Shown: positions 1-12,200 of the stretch, piece after piece
Layout of the letters: every line of letters starts with the position of its first letter
Numbering within the stretch: the first letter of the stretch is position 1
Assembly: GCA_964187785.1 (NCBI GenBank)
Contig: OZ076409.1
Coordinates: 39,806,001-39,870,000 of the forward strand
Reading direction: 5' to 3'
DNA: 64,000 bases
Source: Amphiscolops sp. MND2022
Lineage: Eukaryota
Position numbers and translations under genes: made by a program
Notes under the pieces: model-generated
Seen by the model: the letters and a program-made list of their open reading frames with translations, nothing else
Databases searched by the model: none
Told to the model about the DNA's origin: nothing

Positions 1-100
1 GCTCATACTCACTGACAAACAAAATATCTGAATTTTTCAGTAGGTTCTCGACATCACGACCAAAATTTAACTGAAAAAAAGTTCAATAATTCAGATTTCA

Positions 101-1073
101 ACACAGAGGCGAGGCCGTGCTTCGCAAACACTTGCGAAGAAAGTTGTGAACTATTCAAAAGAAAACCAAATAGCAATATCATACGGACAATAATGTTAAA
201 ATTTCATCAATTTTACAGCCGCAAAAATACCGGAAGGGATACGCCTAAGTCTCAAAAACCATTCTTCCCCAACTGGAAACAGCAAAAAACTCATCTTTCT
301 CAACGGAAAAAAAACAGAAAATTGAGGAAAACAATTTTCGAAATTATCCGAAATTTTTTTGATGAAGTTCTCCGTTAAGTCGCATAGTGCCGAAAACGTT
401 GAGGAGTCCTTTACGCTGCAAAACGTTTCGTTTCTTGTGAAAATTGAGGGGGCTTCGATGAAAACGAATTTTTAAAAAAAGTCGCATAGAAAAAACACCT
501 GTCTTTAAAAAAAATCGGATATAGCGTTCTGGGTCTGAGAAAACCTAATTTTTCAAGACAAAAATTATTCCTTTGGAAAAATCTCACAATGCCGAAAACT
601 GTTTAAGGGGGGGCTTTGAGATTTTCTAACATCCATTCTGTTGCAAAAATTCTAAAAACTGAAGGGAGACCGTTTGGAGTCTTTCGAAAAATTTTCGACA
701 GAAATGCGAAATTTTAACAGTCTAATAGTGCCGAAAAATCTGAAAAAAAGTACCCTTTGGGGATTTTTAGCATTCGTTGTTGCAAAATATCAAACAAATT
801 GAAGGGAGGACACTTTGGGGACATTAAAAAAGTTTCGAAAAAAAGTCTCACAAAGCCGAAAAAAGGGGGGAGTCTCCAACTGCCGAAAAAAGGGAGAACC
901 TTCTGCTTCGTAATACTTGAAAAAATATTAGCGGGTTCGAACACGAAACCTCTGGGTTGAAAAGCAAACATCTTACCACTAGACCACGAACGCGTGAACT
1001 GTGCGACTTGCCGCGTGAAACGAGAGAGTTGTCGCCCGGAAAATTTCCCATAACACTTGCTCATCGCAAGTGT
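101..1073. mobile_element. Helentron-associated (HINE-like) element, family 2 (further copies 5756-6694 truncated, 11919-12769, from 24189)
   Basis: One end is acacagaggcga(a/g)gccgtg with subTIR acacttgcga; the other is the hairpin acacttgctcatcgcaagtgt. No TSD; inserted in an A-run. Internal ~80-bp subrepeats and a tRNA-like segment. Confidence 0.6.
930..990 (-). pseudogene. tRNA-derived segment (A box and B box) embedded in a HINE; not a functional tRNA
   Basis: Minus strand reads cgTGGTCTAGTGGtaagatgtttgcttttcaacccagaggtttcgtGTTCGAAccc. Similar segments at ~6551, ~25005 and, as a variant, at ~5305, 10925, 12570, 18730 and 60210. Confidence 0.5.
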
Positions 1074-1102
1074 AAGAATATTCCTGCTATCGCAGAAATA
1101 AT

Positions 1103-1823
1103 AACAAGCCGAGAACGGCCAAAGTCGGCGCTATATCTAAGGCTCAAAAAGTGCAAAATATGCTCATGACGTTTTTTTTATGAAAAACTCACAAACAAGT
1201 TTCACCCAAAGGAAGCCTTCCGTGCTGGGAAAACGATTCAGAAGTTCGGATATAGCGGCTGGGACAAATGCGAGTACTTGTTTTCGAACCTCCACCTCCT
1301 CCTCCTCAGTGAAACGGAATATACTTCGGAAATAACATCAAAAATTCGGATATAGCGCTTTACTCGGGATATTACGTTCAAATTTCGGATAGTATTGAAA
1401 AAAATATTGGTGGATATGTATTGAGAAAACCTAATGTCAGATGAAAAATGACAATATTGAACAGTCTCATAGTGCCGAAAAATCTGAAAGGGGGGACCCT
1501 TTGGGATTTTCAAACATCTATTATGTTCCAAAATATGAAAAAAATTGAAAGGGGGACCCTTTGGTACAATCAAAAAATTATCGAAAAAAAGTCTCATAGT
1601 GCCGAAAAAATCCAAGTTAAAAACACCCAGATAGCCAAAGTGGGGATCCTTAGTTGTTTTCAAGGTTCTGGACGTCGGTTTTATAATTTTGGATGAGATT
1701 CTAAGGTTTGCGGTATGTTTTGGTCAAACTGAACAAATGAACAAAAAAAGGACCTTACGCGAGTAAAAAAAAACTACCCACTGTAAGAGTCGGGCAAATT
1801 TTCTACTAAAATGCGCCGACTAA
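1103..1823. mobile_element. HINE-like element, family 1 (duplicate at 6723-7443)
   Basis: One end has acaagccg-ggaa-cggc hairpin plus subTIR agtcggcgc. The other end is the stem agtcgggc...gcgccgact. Internal subrepeats aaaagtctcatagtgccgaaaa...gggggacccttt; no TSD. Confidence 0.65.
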
Positions 1824-2403
1824 TAACAAGCCGTAATAGTAAGCAATTTAACTTCGGCATCATACTTTGGATATAAATTGACAACGGCCCGTTACCAGAA
1901 TTTTTGAAGAGGATCAACCACTATTGATAAAACTGGCAGCCGCAAAATAATTGGTTTACGGTTGATTTAAATAATAAACTCTATTGAGCTGTATTGAGTA
2001 TACAGTTTGAAAAGAATGGACTAGTTGCATAAGATTCTAAAATCTAATATCGCAAAACCTATTACTCATAAATATTTGGATAATTTTATGATACGAAAAT
2101 TTCCGCACAAAAGCTTCTGAACAGTGCAAAAACAGCAAGTTATGATTGTTGAGAAGCGTCTCTCAACGCTTTTAAACTCAACTCTAAAAACGCTATTTCT
2201 TAAATAGTCAAATTTAATGCCAATTCTAAAGAAAACTTTTTAGGCTTCAATTTTCGGATTTTTGAACAAAATTTAGACAATTTTTTGAACATGTGTTACA
2301 AAATTTCGAGGCGGAAAATGTCCAAGTGCTAAGCAGGCGTTTCAATTAGTAGACCAAAACAGGGTCTGTAAATTCTGCCTAGCTTTCGAAATCGCAGACG
2401 AAC

Positions 2404-3222
2404 CTTCTTGTCAGTGTTGGATGAAATGAAATTAGTTCTAGACACGATAACTTCGAGAACAGGTCCTCGGTCGTCACCCAGTAGATGTATCTCGTCAATC
2501 ACGATAAGAGCGACAGATCGCACGAACTGTCTCGTCTGCCAAGACCGACTCACTCCATCCCACTTCTCGGGTGTGGTCACAATGACGTCAGCAGAGGCGA
2601 TGGCTTGTGAGTCTGGCACGACGTCTCCAGTCAGCTCAACAACTAACTTGCCCAGTCTCTGCTCCAGCCTCACTTTCCAGTCCTTCACTCTTTCTCGCAC
2701 CAATGCTTTCAGTGGCGCGATGTACACCACCTTCATATCTGAACAGTTTCACTCCCTGTTACTTTTGAATCTAACAACAATTTGTTTCACTGAAATTTTG
2801 TTTTTCTCAAGACAAAAACACTTCGGATTAGTTGGAGAGCCGAAAATTGATCAGAAATCAGAGAACCGGTTTCGAACTTCAGAAAAAGATCCTTATAGTT
2901 ATCAATCGAAAAATTGAATTGAAAATTAGAACCTGGATAATCTCGGAAGACTTTGAAGAAAGCTATTTCAGCAGAAATAGTTTTTCCTGATCCAGTTGGA
3001 GCGCCCAGAAGAACATTTACATCAGTGTAATACATGGTGTGGAAGATTTGCGTTTGAATGGGATTGAAATGCGAAAATGTGAAGAGATCTTCCCATTCTT
3101 TGTTGCCAAGAGCACTTTTAGGAATTGGATCCAAATCTAACAACTCCGTATGAGGCGGATGCTGCTCTGGGAGAATGAGATGACGGAACGAAAGGGCAGT
3201 TTGTACTCCACATCCTACCCAT
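2404..3222 (-). CDS. ASCC3: Intact downstream copy of the ASCC3 C-cassette exons (3222-2933, 2738-2404)
   Basis: [32 protein letters not shown] and DEIHLLG in open frame with canonical splice sites. Confidence 0.88.
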
Positions 3223-6200
3223 CTAAACAAACCTGTACTTTATTAGCTTCTTTTTTGGAACTTAACCTCTTGAAAGCAGCAATTTACTAACTCTAGTATC
3301 AAGAAATGCATCTTCCCAGAAAGTAAACATGGTCACATACGGTATTCCACAGCAACACTCACCAAACTCATGTAAAGTGATAAATTTTTGATTTATAATG
3401 TTTTCAAATCAAAAAAACTGGCCTCTTCGTGATTTAAAATTAGGCCCCTGCGGGCACGACATTATTTCTGCTTTTTAGGCTTTCATGATCATAATAGAAG
3501 GAATATCTGGAATAACTAAACACTCCTGTTTGATCATTATATAGCGCACAATTATTCACTGTACTAGTTTACACCACCTTTAATTCTTCTCGAACTAAAG
3601 AAAATATAACTACTAAGCGTAGACCAAGTTTCATATTCGCATTTGAATGCAGGCGAAGCTCTCGGCGAACGAATATTAACACTGGTTCGCTTCAGCTTCA
3701 TCTCAATAAATCGGCGTACGAAAGCATAATTACGCACATTAGCTCGCTTCATCTCACTGAATTCGGCGTACGAATGCATAATTACCACTCGCTCGTTTCA
3801 TCACACGAGAAACAAATTGTCGTCGGCAGCTTGAGAAATTTAAATCTCTTTTACTTACTGCCGAACAAAATATCTGAATTTTTCAGTAGGTACTCGAATC
3901 GTGTACGAAAAGTTGACTTAAAAAAGTTGCTAAGTTCAGATTCCAAAATTATTCCTGCTATCGCTGAAATAATAATAATAATCAGCAATTGCAAAAAAGT
4001 GGATGAATTTCAAAAACTCCATCATCATTTTCACAAAATTTTTCGGGATAAAATCATTCGTAAATATTCGGAAGTGAATTCTCCAATCCCAAACAAATTT
4101 CGCCAAAACCCTTGAGTTTCATGATAGTGCAAAGCTAGTATTTTCACTGAAATCATGAATATCTTAGTTTCAAATATCCGTTTTGGTGCTGAAATATTTT
4201 GGTGCTGAAATAGTTATACTAGATGCTAAGAGAACAAGAGGCGCAGTGGAACTACGATATTTTTCGTATACTGTTTTGGGAGGCCGTTGGAAAAAATTCG
4301 ACACTTACTAAACTCTTGTTTCGAGACAAAAGCAAGGGAAGTCTTTACTAAAATGTCTCTAATGCTCTGAAAACCAGCTCAAGTATATTTGTATATGAGT
4401 CTTAAAAGGCTATTCGAAAACCAGTATAACTCCGCTTATCCTTTCATATTTCACATGACTTGATTGGATAAGTCATGTTTTATTAAACTTAAATTTATTA
4501 ACCTGGATAAACTGCATTCGTGTCGTTGTCACAAAACGATTTTCGAGGAGTTGAATTTGGCAATAAACAAAAGTTTGTAAACGAATAAATTTCTCCTTTA
4601 ATTTTTTTCTGTCAAGACAAAAATCAGCAAAAAACCTCAAAGATTCGGATATAGCGCTATCTTCATTGAAATTATTATCCGAAATAGGTTTTATCATGGT
4701 TCATTTTGAAAAGTTGCAGAAGCTCGTAATGGGTTTGTTGTGAACTGCCACGGTGGAAAAACTATATAGTGAGAAAGTTTTAAACAAGTACAAGGACGTA
4801 ATATTTTCAAGGGGACCTTTCAGGGTTTAAGACTTTTTTCATCGAAAGTATCACAAAACCTGAATTTAACCTTTCTCCAAATTTTTTAATCGAAACAAAA
4901 TTGCACACAGGAGAAAGTACCCAAAAGCACCTTTTAGGCTCGAAAAACGCGAATTTCTAACTGAAAACTTCAAAAAAATCGTAATTTGAAAACCTGAAAA
5001 AACTTCTAGTGAAAATGAAGAATGTTTGTAAAAATTCACATAGATCCAAAAAAAGTTGTAGATTTTTCCATATTGTTAAATACAGTTACTGAAAAAACTC
5101 TCGTCAGTACCAGAGTGCCAAAAATATCCAAAGAGGCCATCCCTAGGTATTGAAAAACGGTTTTTCTTATCAGACAATCTCAAAAAATCAAAATTTGTGG
5201 GATTTAGGTGGGCCCTTCGGTGAATATCAGAATAATGCCTCATAGAGCCGAAAAAAACACCACATGTCTTCTCGACGATTGCAAGCGTACAGAAATTTTT
5301 TCGGAATGCGGGACTCGAGCCCACGTTCTCCTGCTTCGTCACGAGCCATAGAAGTCGGAGTTAACCGCTAGGTCAAGTGAAGAGTACTTTCCAACAGCGC
5401 TTCTGGTAGCTATTGGTAAAAATCTATGGAAAAGAAAAATTCCGCGCTAGATTTTTCGCCTTTTAAAAACGGGAATAAAGTATTTTGGCAAGAAAACGGT
5501 TGAGTTAGCGGCGTTACAATAGTACCCCAGCTAACGCAGGAATATTGAAAACAATTTAACCTGTCGCTTTCGACTCGAAGCAGATATTGAGTCGGTAGAG
5601 GTTCATGGATTGGAATTGTGAAAACAACTTCATGAGGATCAGAAGTAGACGCATTTCTCTTGACGACTTGTTTCTTTGAGAGTGTCACGAACTCATTGTG
5701 GTAGATGTAGTTGCTTTCAGGGTCTTCTACCCACAGCCACCAGGGCTCCAGGCACAAGTTGTGAACTATTCAAAAGAAAACCAAATAGCAATATCATACG
5801 GACAATAATGTTAAAATTTCATCAATTTTACAGCCGCAAAAATACCGGAAGGGATACGCCTAAGTCTCAAAAACCATTCTTCCCCAACTGGAAACAGCAA
5901 AAAAAAACTCATCTTTCTCAACGGAAAAAAAAACAGAAAATTGAGGAAAACAATTTTCGAAATTATCCGAAATTTTTTTGATGAAGTTCTCCGTTAAGTC
6001 GCATAGTGCCGAAAACGTTGAGGAGTCCTTTACGCTGCAAAACGTTTCGTTTCTTGTGAAAATTGAGGGGGCTTCGATGAAAACGAATTTTTAAAAAAAG
6101 TCGCATAGAAAAAACACCTGTCTTTAAAAAAAAATCGGATATAGCGTTCTGGGTCTGAGAAAACCTAATTTTTCAAGACAAAAATTATTCCTTTGGAAAA

Positions 6201-9200
6201 ATCTCACAATGCCGAAAACTGTATAAGGGGGGGGCTTTGAGATTTTCTAACATCCATTCTGTTGCAAAAATTCTAAAAACTGAAGGGAGACCGTTTGGAG
6301 TCTTTCGAAAAATTTTCGAGAGAAATGCGAAATTTTAACAGTCTAATAGTGCCGAAAAATCTGAAAAAAAGTACCCTTTGGGGATTTTTAGCATTCGTTG
6401 TTGCAAAATATCAAACAAATTGAAGGGAGGACACTTTGGGGACATTAAAAAAGTTTCGAAAAAAAGTCTCACAAAGCCGAAAAAAGGGGGGAGTCTCCAA
6501 CTGCCGAAAAAAGGGAGAACCTTCTGCTTCGTAATACTTGAAAAAATATTAGCGGGTTCGAACACGAAACCTCTGGGTTGAAAAGCAAACATCTTACCAC
6601 TAGACCACGAACGCGTGAACTGTGCGACTTGCCGCGTGAAACGAGAGAGTTGTCGCCCGGAAAATTTCCCATAACACTTGCTCATCGCAAGTGTAAGAAT
6701 ATTCCTGCTATCGCAGAAATAATAACAAGCCGAGAACGGCCAAAGTCGGCGCTATATCTAAGGCTCAAAAAGTGCAAAATATGCTCATGACGTTTTTTTA
6801 TGAAAAACTCACAAACAAGTTTCACCCAAAGGAAGCCTTCCGTGCTGGGAAAACGATTCAGAAGTTCGGATATAGCGGCTGGGACAAATGCGAGTACTTG
6901 TTTTCGAACCTCCACCTCCTCCTCCTCAGTGAAACGGAATATACTTCGGAAATAACATCAAAAATTCGGATATAGCGCTTTACTCGGGATATTACGTTCA
7001 AATTTCGGATAGTATTGAAAAAAATATTGGTGGATATGTATTGAGAAAACCTAATGTCAGATGAAAAATGACAATATTGAACAGTCTCATAGTGCCGAAA
7101 AATCTGAAAGGGGGGACCCTTTGGGATTTTCAAACATCTATTATGTTCCAAAATATGAAAAAAATTGAAAGGGGGACCCTTTGGTACAATCAAAAAATTA
7201 TCGAAAAAAAGTCTCATAGTGCCGAAAAAATCCAAGTTAAAAACACCCAGATAGCCAAAGTGGGGATCCTTAGTTGTTTTCAAGGTTCTGGACGTCGGTT
7301 TTATAATTTTGGATGAGATTCTAAGGTTTGCGGTATGTTTTGGTCAAACTGAACAAATGAACAAAAAAAGGACCTTACGCGAGTAAAAAAAAACTACCCA
7401 CTGTAAGAGTCGGGCAAATTTTCTACTAAAATGCGCCGACTAATAACAAGCCGTAATAGTAAGCAATTTAACTTCGGCATCATACTTTGGATATAAATTG
7501 ACAACGGCCCGTTACCAGAATTTTTGAAGAGGATCAACCACTATTGATAAAACTGGCAGCCGCAAAATAATTGGTTTACGGTTGATTTAAATAATAAACT
7601 CTATTGAGCTGTATTGAGTATACAGTTTGAAAAGAATGGACTAGTTGCATAAGATTCTAAAATCTAATATCGCAAAACCTATTACTCATAAATATTTGGA
7701 TAATTTTATGATACGAAAATTTCCGCACAAAAGCTTCTGAACAGTGCAAAAACAGCAAGTTATGATTGTTGAGAAGCGTCTCTCAACGCTTTTAAACTCA
7801 ACTCTAAAAACGCTATTTCTTAAATAGTCAAATTTAATGCCAATTCTAAAGAAAACTTTTTAGGCTTCAATTTTCGGATTTTTGAACAAAATTTAGACAA
7901 TTTTTTGAACATGTGTTACAAAATTTCGAGGCGGAAAATGTCCAAGTGCTAAGCAGGCGTTTCAATTAGTAGACCAAAACAGGGTCTGTAAATTCTGCCT
8001 AGCTTTCGAAATCGCAGACGAACCTTCTTGTCAGTGTTGGATGAAATGAAATTAGTTCTAGACACGATAACTTCGAGAACAGGTCCTCGGTCGTCACCCA
8101 GTAGATGTATCTCGTCAATCACGATAAGAGCGACAGATCGCACGAACTGTCTCGTCTGCCAAGACCGACTCACTCCATCCCACTTCTCGGGTGTGGTCAC
8201 AATGACGTCAGCAGAGGCGATGGCTTGTGAGTCTGGCACGACGTCTCCAGTCAGCTCAACAACTAACTTGCCCAGTCTCTGCTCCAGCCTCACTTTCCAG
8301 TCCTTCACTCTTTCTCACACCAATGCTTTCAGTGGCGCGATGTACACCACCTTCATATCTGAACAGTTTCACTCCCTGTTACTTTTGAATCTAACAACAA
8401 TTTGTTTCACTGAAATTTTGTTTTTCTCAAGACAAAAACACTTCGGATTAGTTGGAGAGCCGAAAATTGATCAGAAATCAGAGAACCGGTTTCGAACTTC
8501 AGAAAAAGATCCTTATAGTTATCAATCGAAAAATTGAATTGAAAATTAGAACCTGGATAATCTCGGAAGACTTTGAAGAAAGCTATTTCAGCAGAAATAG
8601 TTTTTCCTGATCCAGTTGGAGCGCCGAGAAGAACATTTACATCAGTGTAATACATGGTGTGGAAGATTTGCGTTTGAATGGGATTGAAATGCGAAAATGT
8701 GAAGAGATCTTCCCATTCTTTGTTGCCAAGAGCACTTTTAGGAATTGGATCCAAATCTAACAACTCCGTATGAGGCGGATGCTGCTCTGGGAGAATGAGA
8801 TGACGGAACGAAAGGGCAGTTTGTACTCCACATCCTACCCATCTAAACAAACCTGTACTTTATTAGCTTCTTTTTTGGAACTTAACCTCTTGAAAGCAGC
8901 AATTTACTAACTCTAGTATCAAGAAATGCATCTTCCCAGAAAGTAAACATGGTCACATACGGTATTCCACAGCAACACTCACCAAACTCATGTAAAGTGA
9001 TAAATTTTTGATTTATAATGTTTTCAAATCAAAAAAACTGGCCTCTTCGTGATTTAAAATTAGGCCCCTGCGGGCACGACATTATTTCTGCTTTTTAGGC
9101 TTTCATGATCATAATAGAAGGAATATCTGGAATAACTAAACACTCCTGTTTGATCATTATATAGCGCACAATTATTCACTGTACTAGTTTACACCACCTT

Positions 9201-12200
9201 TAATTCTTCTCGAACTAAAGAAAATATAACTACTAAGCGTAGACCAAGTTTCATATTCGCATTTGAATGCAGGCGAAGCTCTCGGCGAACGAATATTAAC
9301 ACTGGTTCGCTTCAGCTTCATCTCAATAAATCGGCGTACGAAAGCATAATTACGCACATTAGCTCGCTTCATCTCACTGAATTCGGCGTACGAATGCATA
9401 ATTACCACTCGCTCGTTTCATCACACGAGAAACAAATTGTCGTCGGCAGCTTGAGAAATTTAAATCTCTTTTACTTACTGCCGAACAAAATATCTGAATT
9501 TTTCAGTAGGTACTCGAATCGTGTACGAAAAGTTGACTAAAAAAAGTTGCTAAGTTCAGATTCCAAAATTATTCCTGCTATCGCTGAAATAATAATAATA
9601 ATCAGCAATTGCAAAAACGTGGATGAATTTCAAAAACTCCATCATCATTTTCACAAAATTTTTCGGGATAAAATCATTCGTAAATATTCGGAAGTGAATT
9701 CTCCAATCCCAAACAAATTTCGCCAAAACCCTTGAGTTTCATGATAGTGCAAAGCTAGTATTTTCACTGAAATCATGAATATCTTAGTTTCAAATATCCG
9801 TTTTGGTGCTGAAATATTTTGGTGCTGAAATAGTTATACTAGATGCTAAGAGAACAAGAGGCGCAGTGGAACTACGATATTTTTCGTATACTGTTTTGGG
9901 AGGCCGTTGGAAAAAATTCGACACTTACTAAACTCTTGTTTCGAGACAAAAGCAAGGGAAGTCTTTACTAAAATGTCTCTAATGCTCTGAAAACCAGCTC
10001 AAGTATATTTGTATATGAGTCTTAAAAGGCTATTCGAAAACCAGTATAACTCCGCTTATCCTTTCATATTTCACATGACTTGATTGGATAAGTCATGTTT
10101 TATTAAACTTAAATTTATTAACCTGGATAAACTGCATTCGTGTCGTTGTCACAAAACGATTTTCGAGGAGTTGAATTTGGCAATAAACAAAAGTTTGTAA
10201 ACGAATAAATTTCTCCTTTAATTTTTTTCTGTCAAGACAAAAATCAGCAAAAAACCTCAAAGATTCGGATATAGCGCTATCTTCATTGAAATTATTATCC
10301 GAAATAGGTTTTATCATGGTTCATTTTGAAAAGTTGCAGAAGCTCGTAATGGGTTTGTTGTGAACTGCCACGGTGGAAAAACTATATAGTGAGAAAGTTT
10401 TAAACAAGTACAAGGACGTAATATTTTCAAGGGGACCTTTCAGGGTTTAAGACTTTTTTCATCGAAAGTATCACAAAACCTGAATTTAACCTTTCTCCAA
10501 ATTTTTTAATCGAAACAAAATTGCACACAGGAGAAAGTACCCAAAAGCACCTTTTAGGCTCGAAAAACGCGAATTTCTAACTGAAAACTTCAAAAAAATC
10601 GTAATTTGAAAACCTGAAAAAACTTCTAGTGAAAATGAAGAATGTTTGTAAAAATTCACATAGATCCAAAAAAAGTTGTAGATTTTTCCATATTGTTAAA
10701 TACAGTTACTGAAAAAACTCTCGTCAGTACCAGAGTGCCAAAAATATCCAAAGAGGCCATCCCTAGGTATTGAAAAACGGTTTTTCTTATCAGACAATCT
10801 CAAAAAATCAAAATTTGTGGGATTTAGGTGGGCCCTTCGGTGAATATCAGAATAATGCCTCATAGAGCCGAAAAAAACACCACATGTCTTCTCGACGATT
10901 GCAAGCGTACAGAAATTTTTTCGGAATGCGGGACTCGAGCCCACGTTCTCCTGCTTCGTCACGAGCCATAGAAGTCGGAGTTAACCGCTAGGTGAAGTGA
11001 AGAGTACTTTCCAACAGCGCTTCTGGTAGCTATTGGTAAAAATCTATGGAAAAGAAAAATTCCGCGCTAGATTTTTTTTCGCCTTTTAAAAACGGGAATA
11101 AAGTATTTTGGCAAGAAAACGGTTGAGTTAGCGGCGTTACAATAGTATCCCAGCTAACGCAGGAATATTGAAAACAATTTAACCTGTCGCTTTCGACTCG
11201 AAGCAGATATTGAGTCGGTAGAGGTTCATGGATTGGAATTGTGAAAACAACTTCATGAGGATCAGAAGTAGACGCATTTCTCTTGACGACTTGTTTCTTT
11301 GAGAGTGTCACGAACTCATTGTGGTAGATGTAGTTGCTTTCAGGGTCTTCTACCCACAGCCACCAGGGCTCCGAACTGGGCCCGGACACTTTGTCTATCC
11401 ACGTGAACATGGGGTAGATACAGACTTTAACCCTCAAAACAGTTCTAGTAATTGGCTGAACGGTGGCCTCCACTTTAATGGCTGGTAAACTTCTGGCCAA
11501 CTCTTTAATACGTTTTCCTTGAGTTGGGTTCAATCGGAGCAAAGACGATATCTCATTGGCTGGCATGTCTATCAATCGTTCCAAAGAAAGATTCGACCTT
11601 TCCAGTTTCTGGAGAAGCTCTTCTTTGATTAGGTCAGCAGGAAGTTGTCTTAGAGGATGTTGCTGTTCCCACAGTCTTTGCTCAGTGCATTTACATATAG
11701 AGAGCAACCGACTAGCTGCGTTGGCCCAGTTGTTTTTCAGAGCAATTTCAAACAGAGCTCTCGCAATTCGGGAAGCGTTCGTCGACACATACAGTTGATC
11801 GCTCGTCAGAGAGAAGCTACTAATTCGGATCCTGTTCACGTATGATTGCAAAAGAATATTAACTTTTCCATGGTTGTTCTCTGCTCCACCTGAAACAAGT
11901 AACTTGATACCATTCTTAACACAGAGGCGAAGCCGTGCTTCGCAAACACTTGCGAAGAAAGTTGCGAACTTTTGAAGAAACCCAAATAAGCAATATCATA
12001 CGGAGAGCCAAGGGTAAAAGGACATTGTTAAAATTTCATCAATTTTACGCCAAAAAATCCCGAAGGGATACCCATAAATCTCGAAAACAATTCTTCTCCA
12101 ACTGGAAACAACAGAAAACCCATCTTTCTCAACCGTAAACCTTTAAAAAACAGAAAATTGAGAAAAAAATTTTCGAAAATTTTTTTTGATGAAGGTCTCC

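Larger units (their letters stand above)
141..11372. repeat. Tandem segmental duplication of ~5.6 kb (141-5749 and 5756-11372) joined by a 6-bp filler aggcac
   Basis: Colinear identity with about 8 substitutions plus homopolymer-length differences counted by eye; the ORF track shows the same ORF set twice. Confidence 0.95.

Noticed and set aside
930..990. Functional tRNA gene
   Set aside because: The acceptor and anticodon stems are not complementary, and the segment is embedded in a dispersed repeat.
193..1696. Short ORFs in HINE-like repeats (also 6.3-7.3 kb, 20-26 kb, 62.6-63.5 kb)
   Set aside because: They are low-complexity K/F-rich translations of non-coding repeats with no domain motifs.
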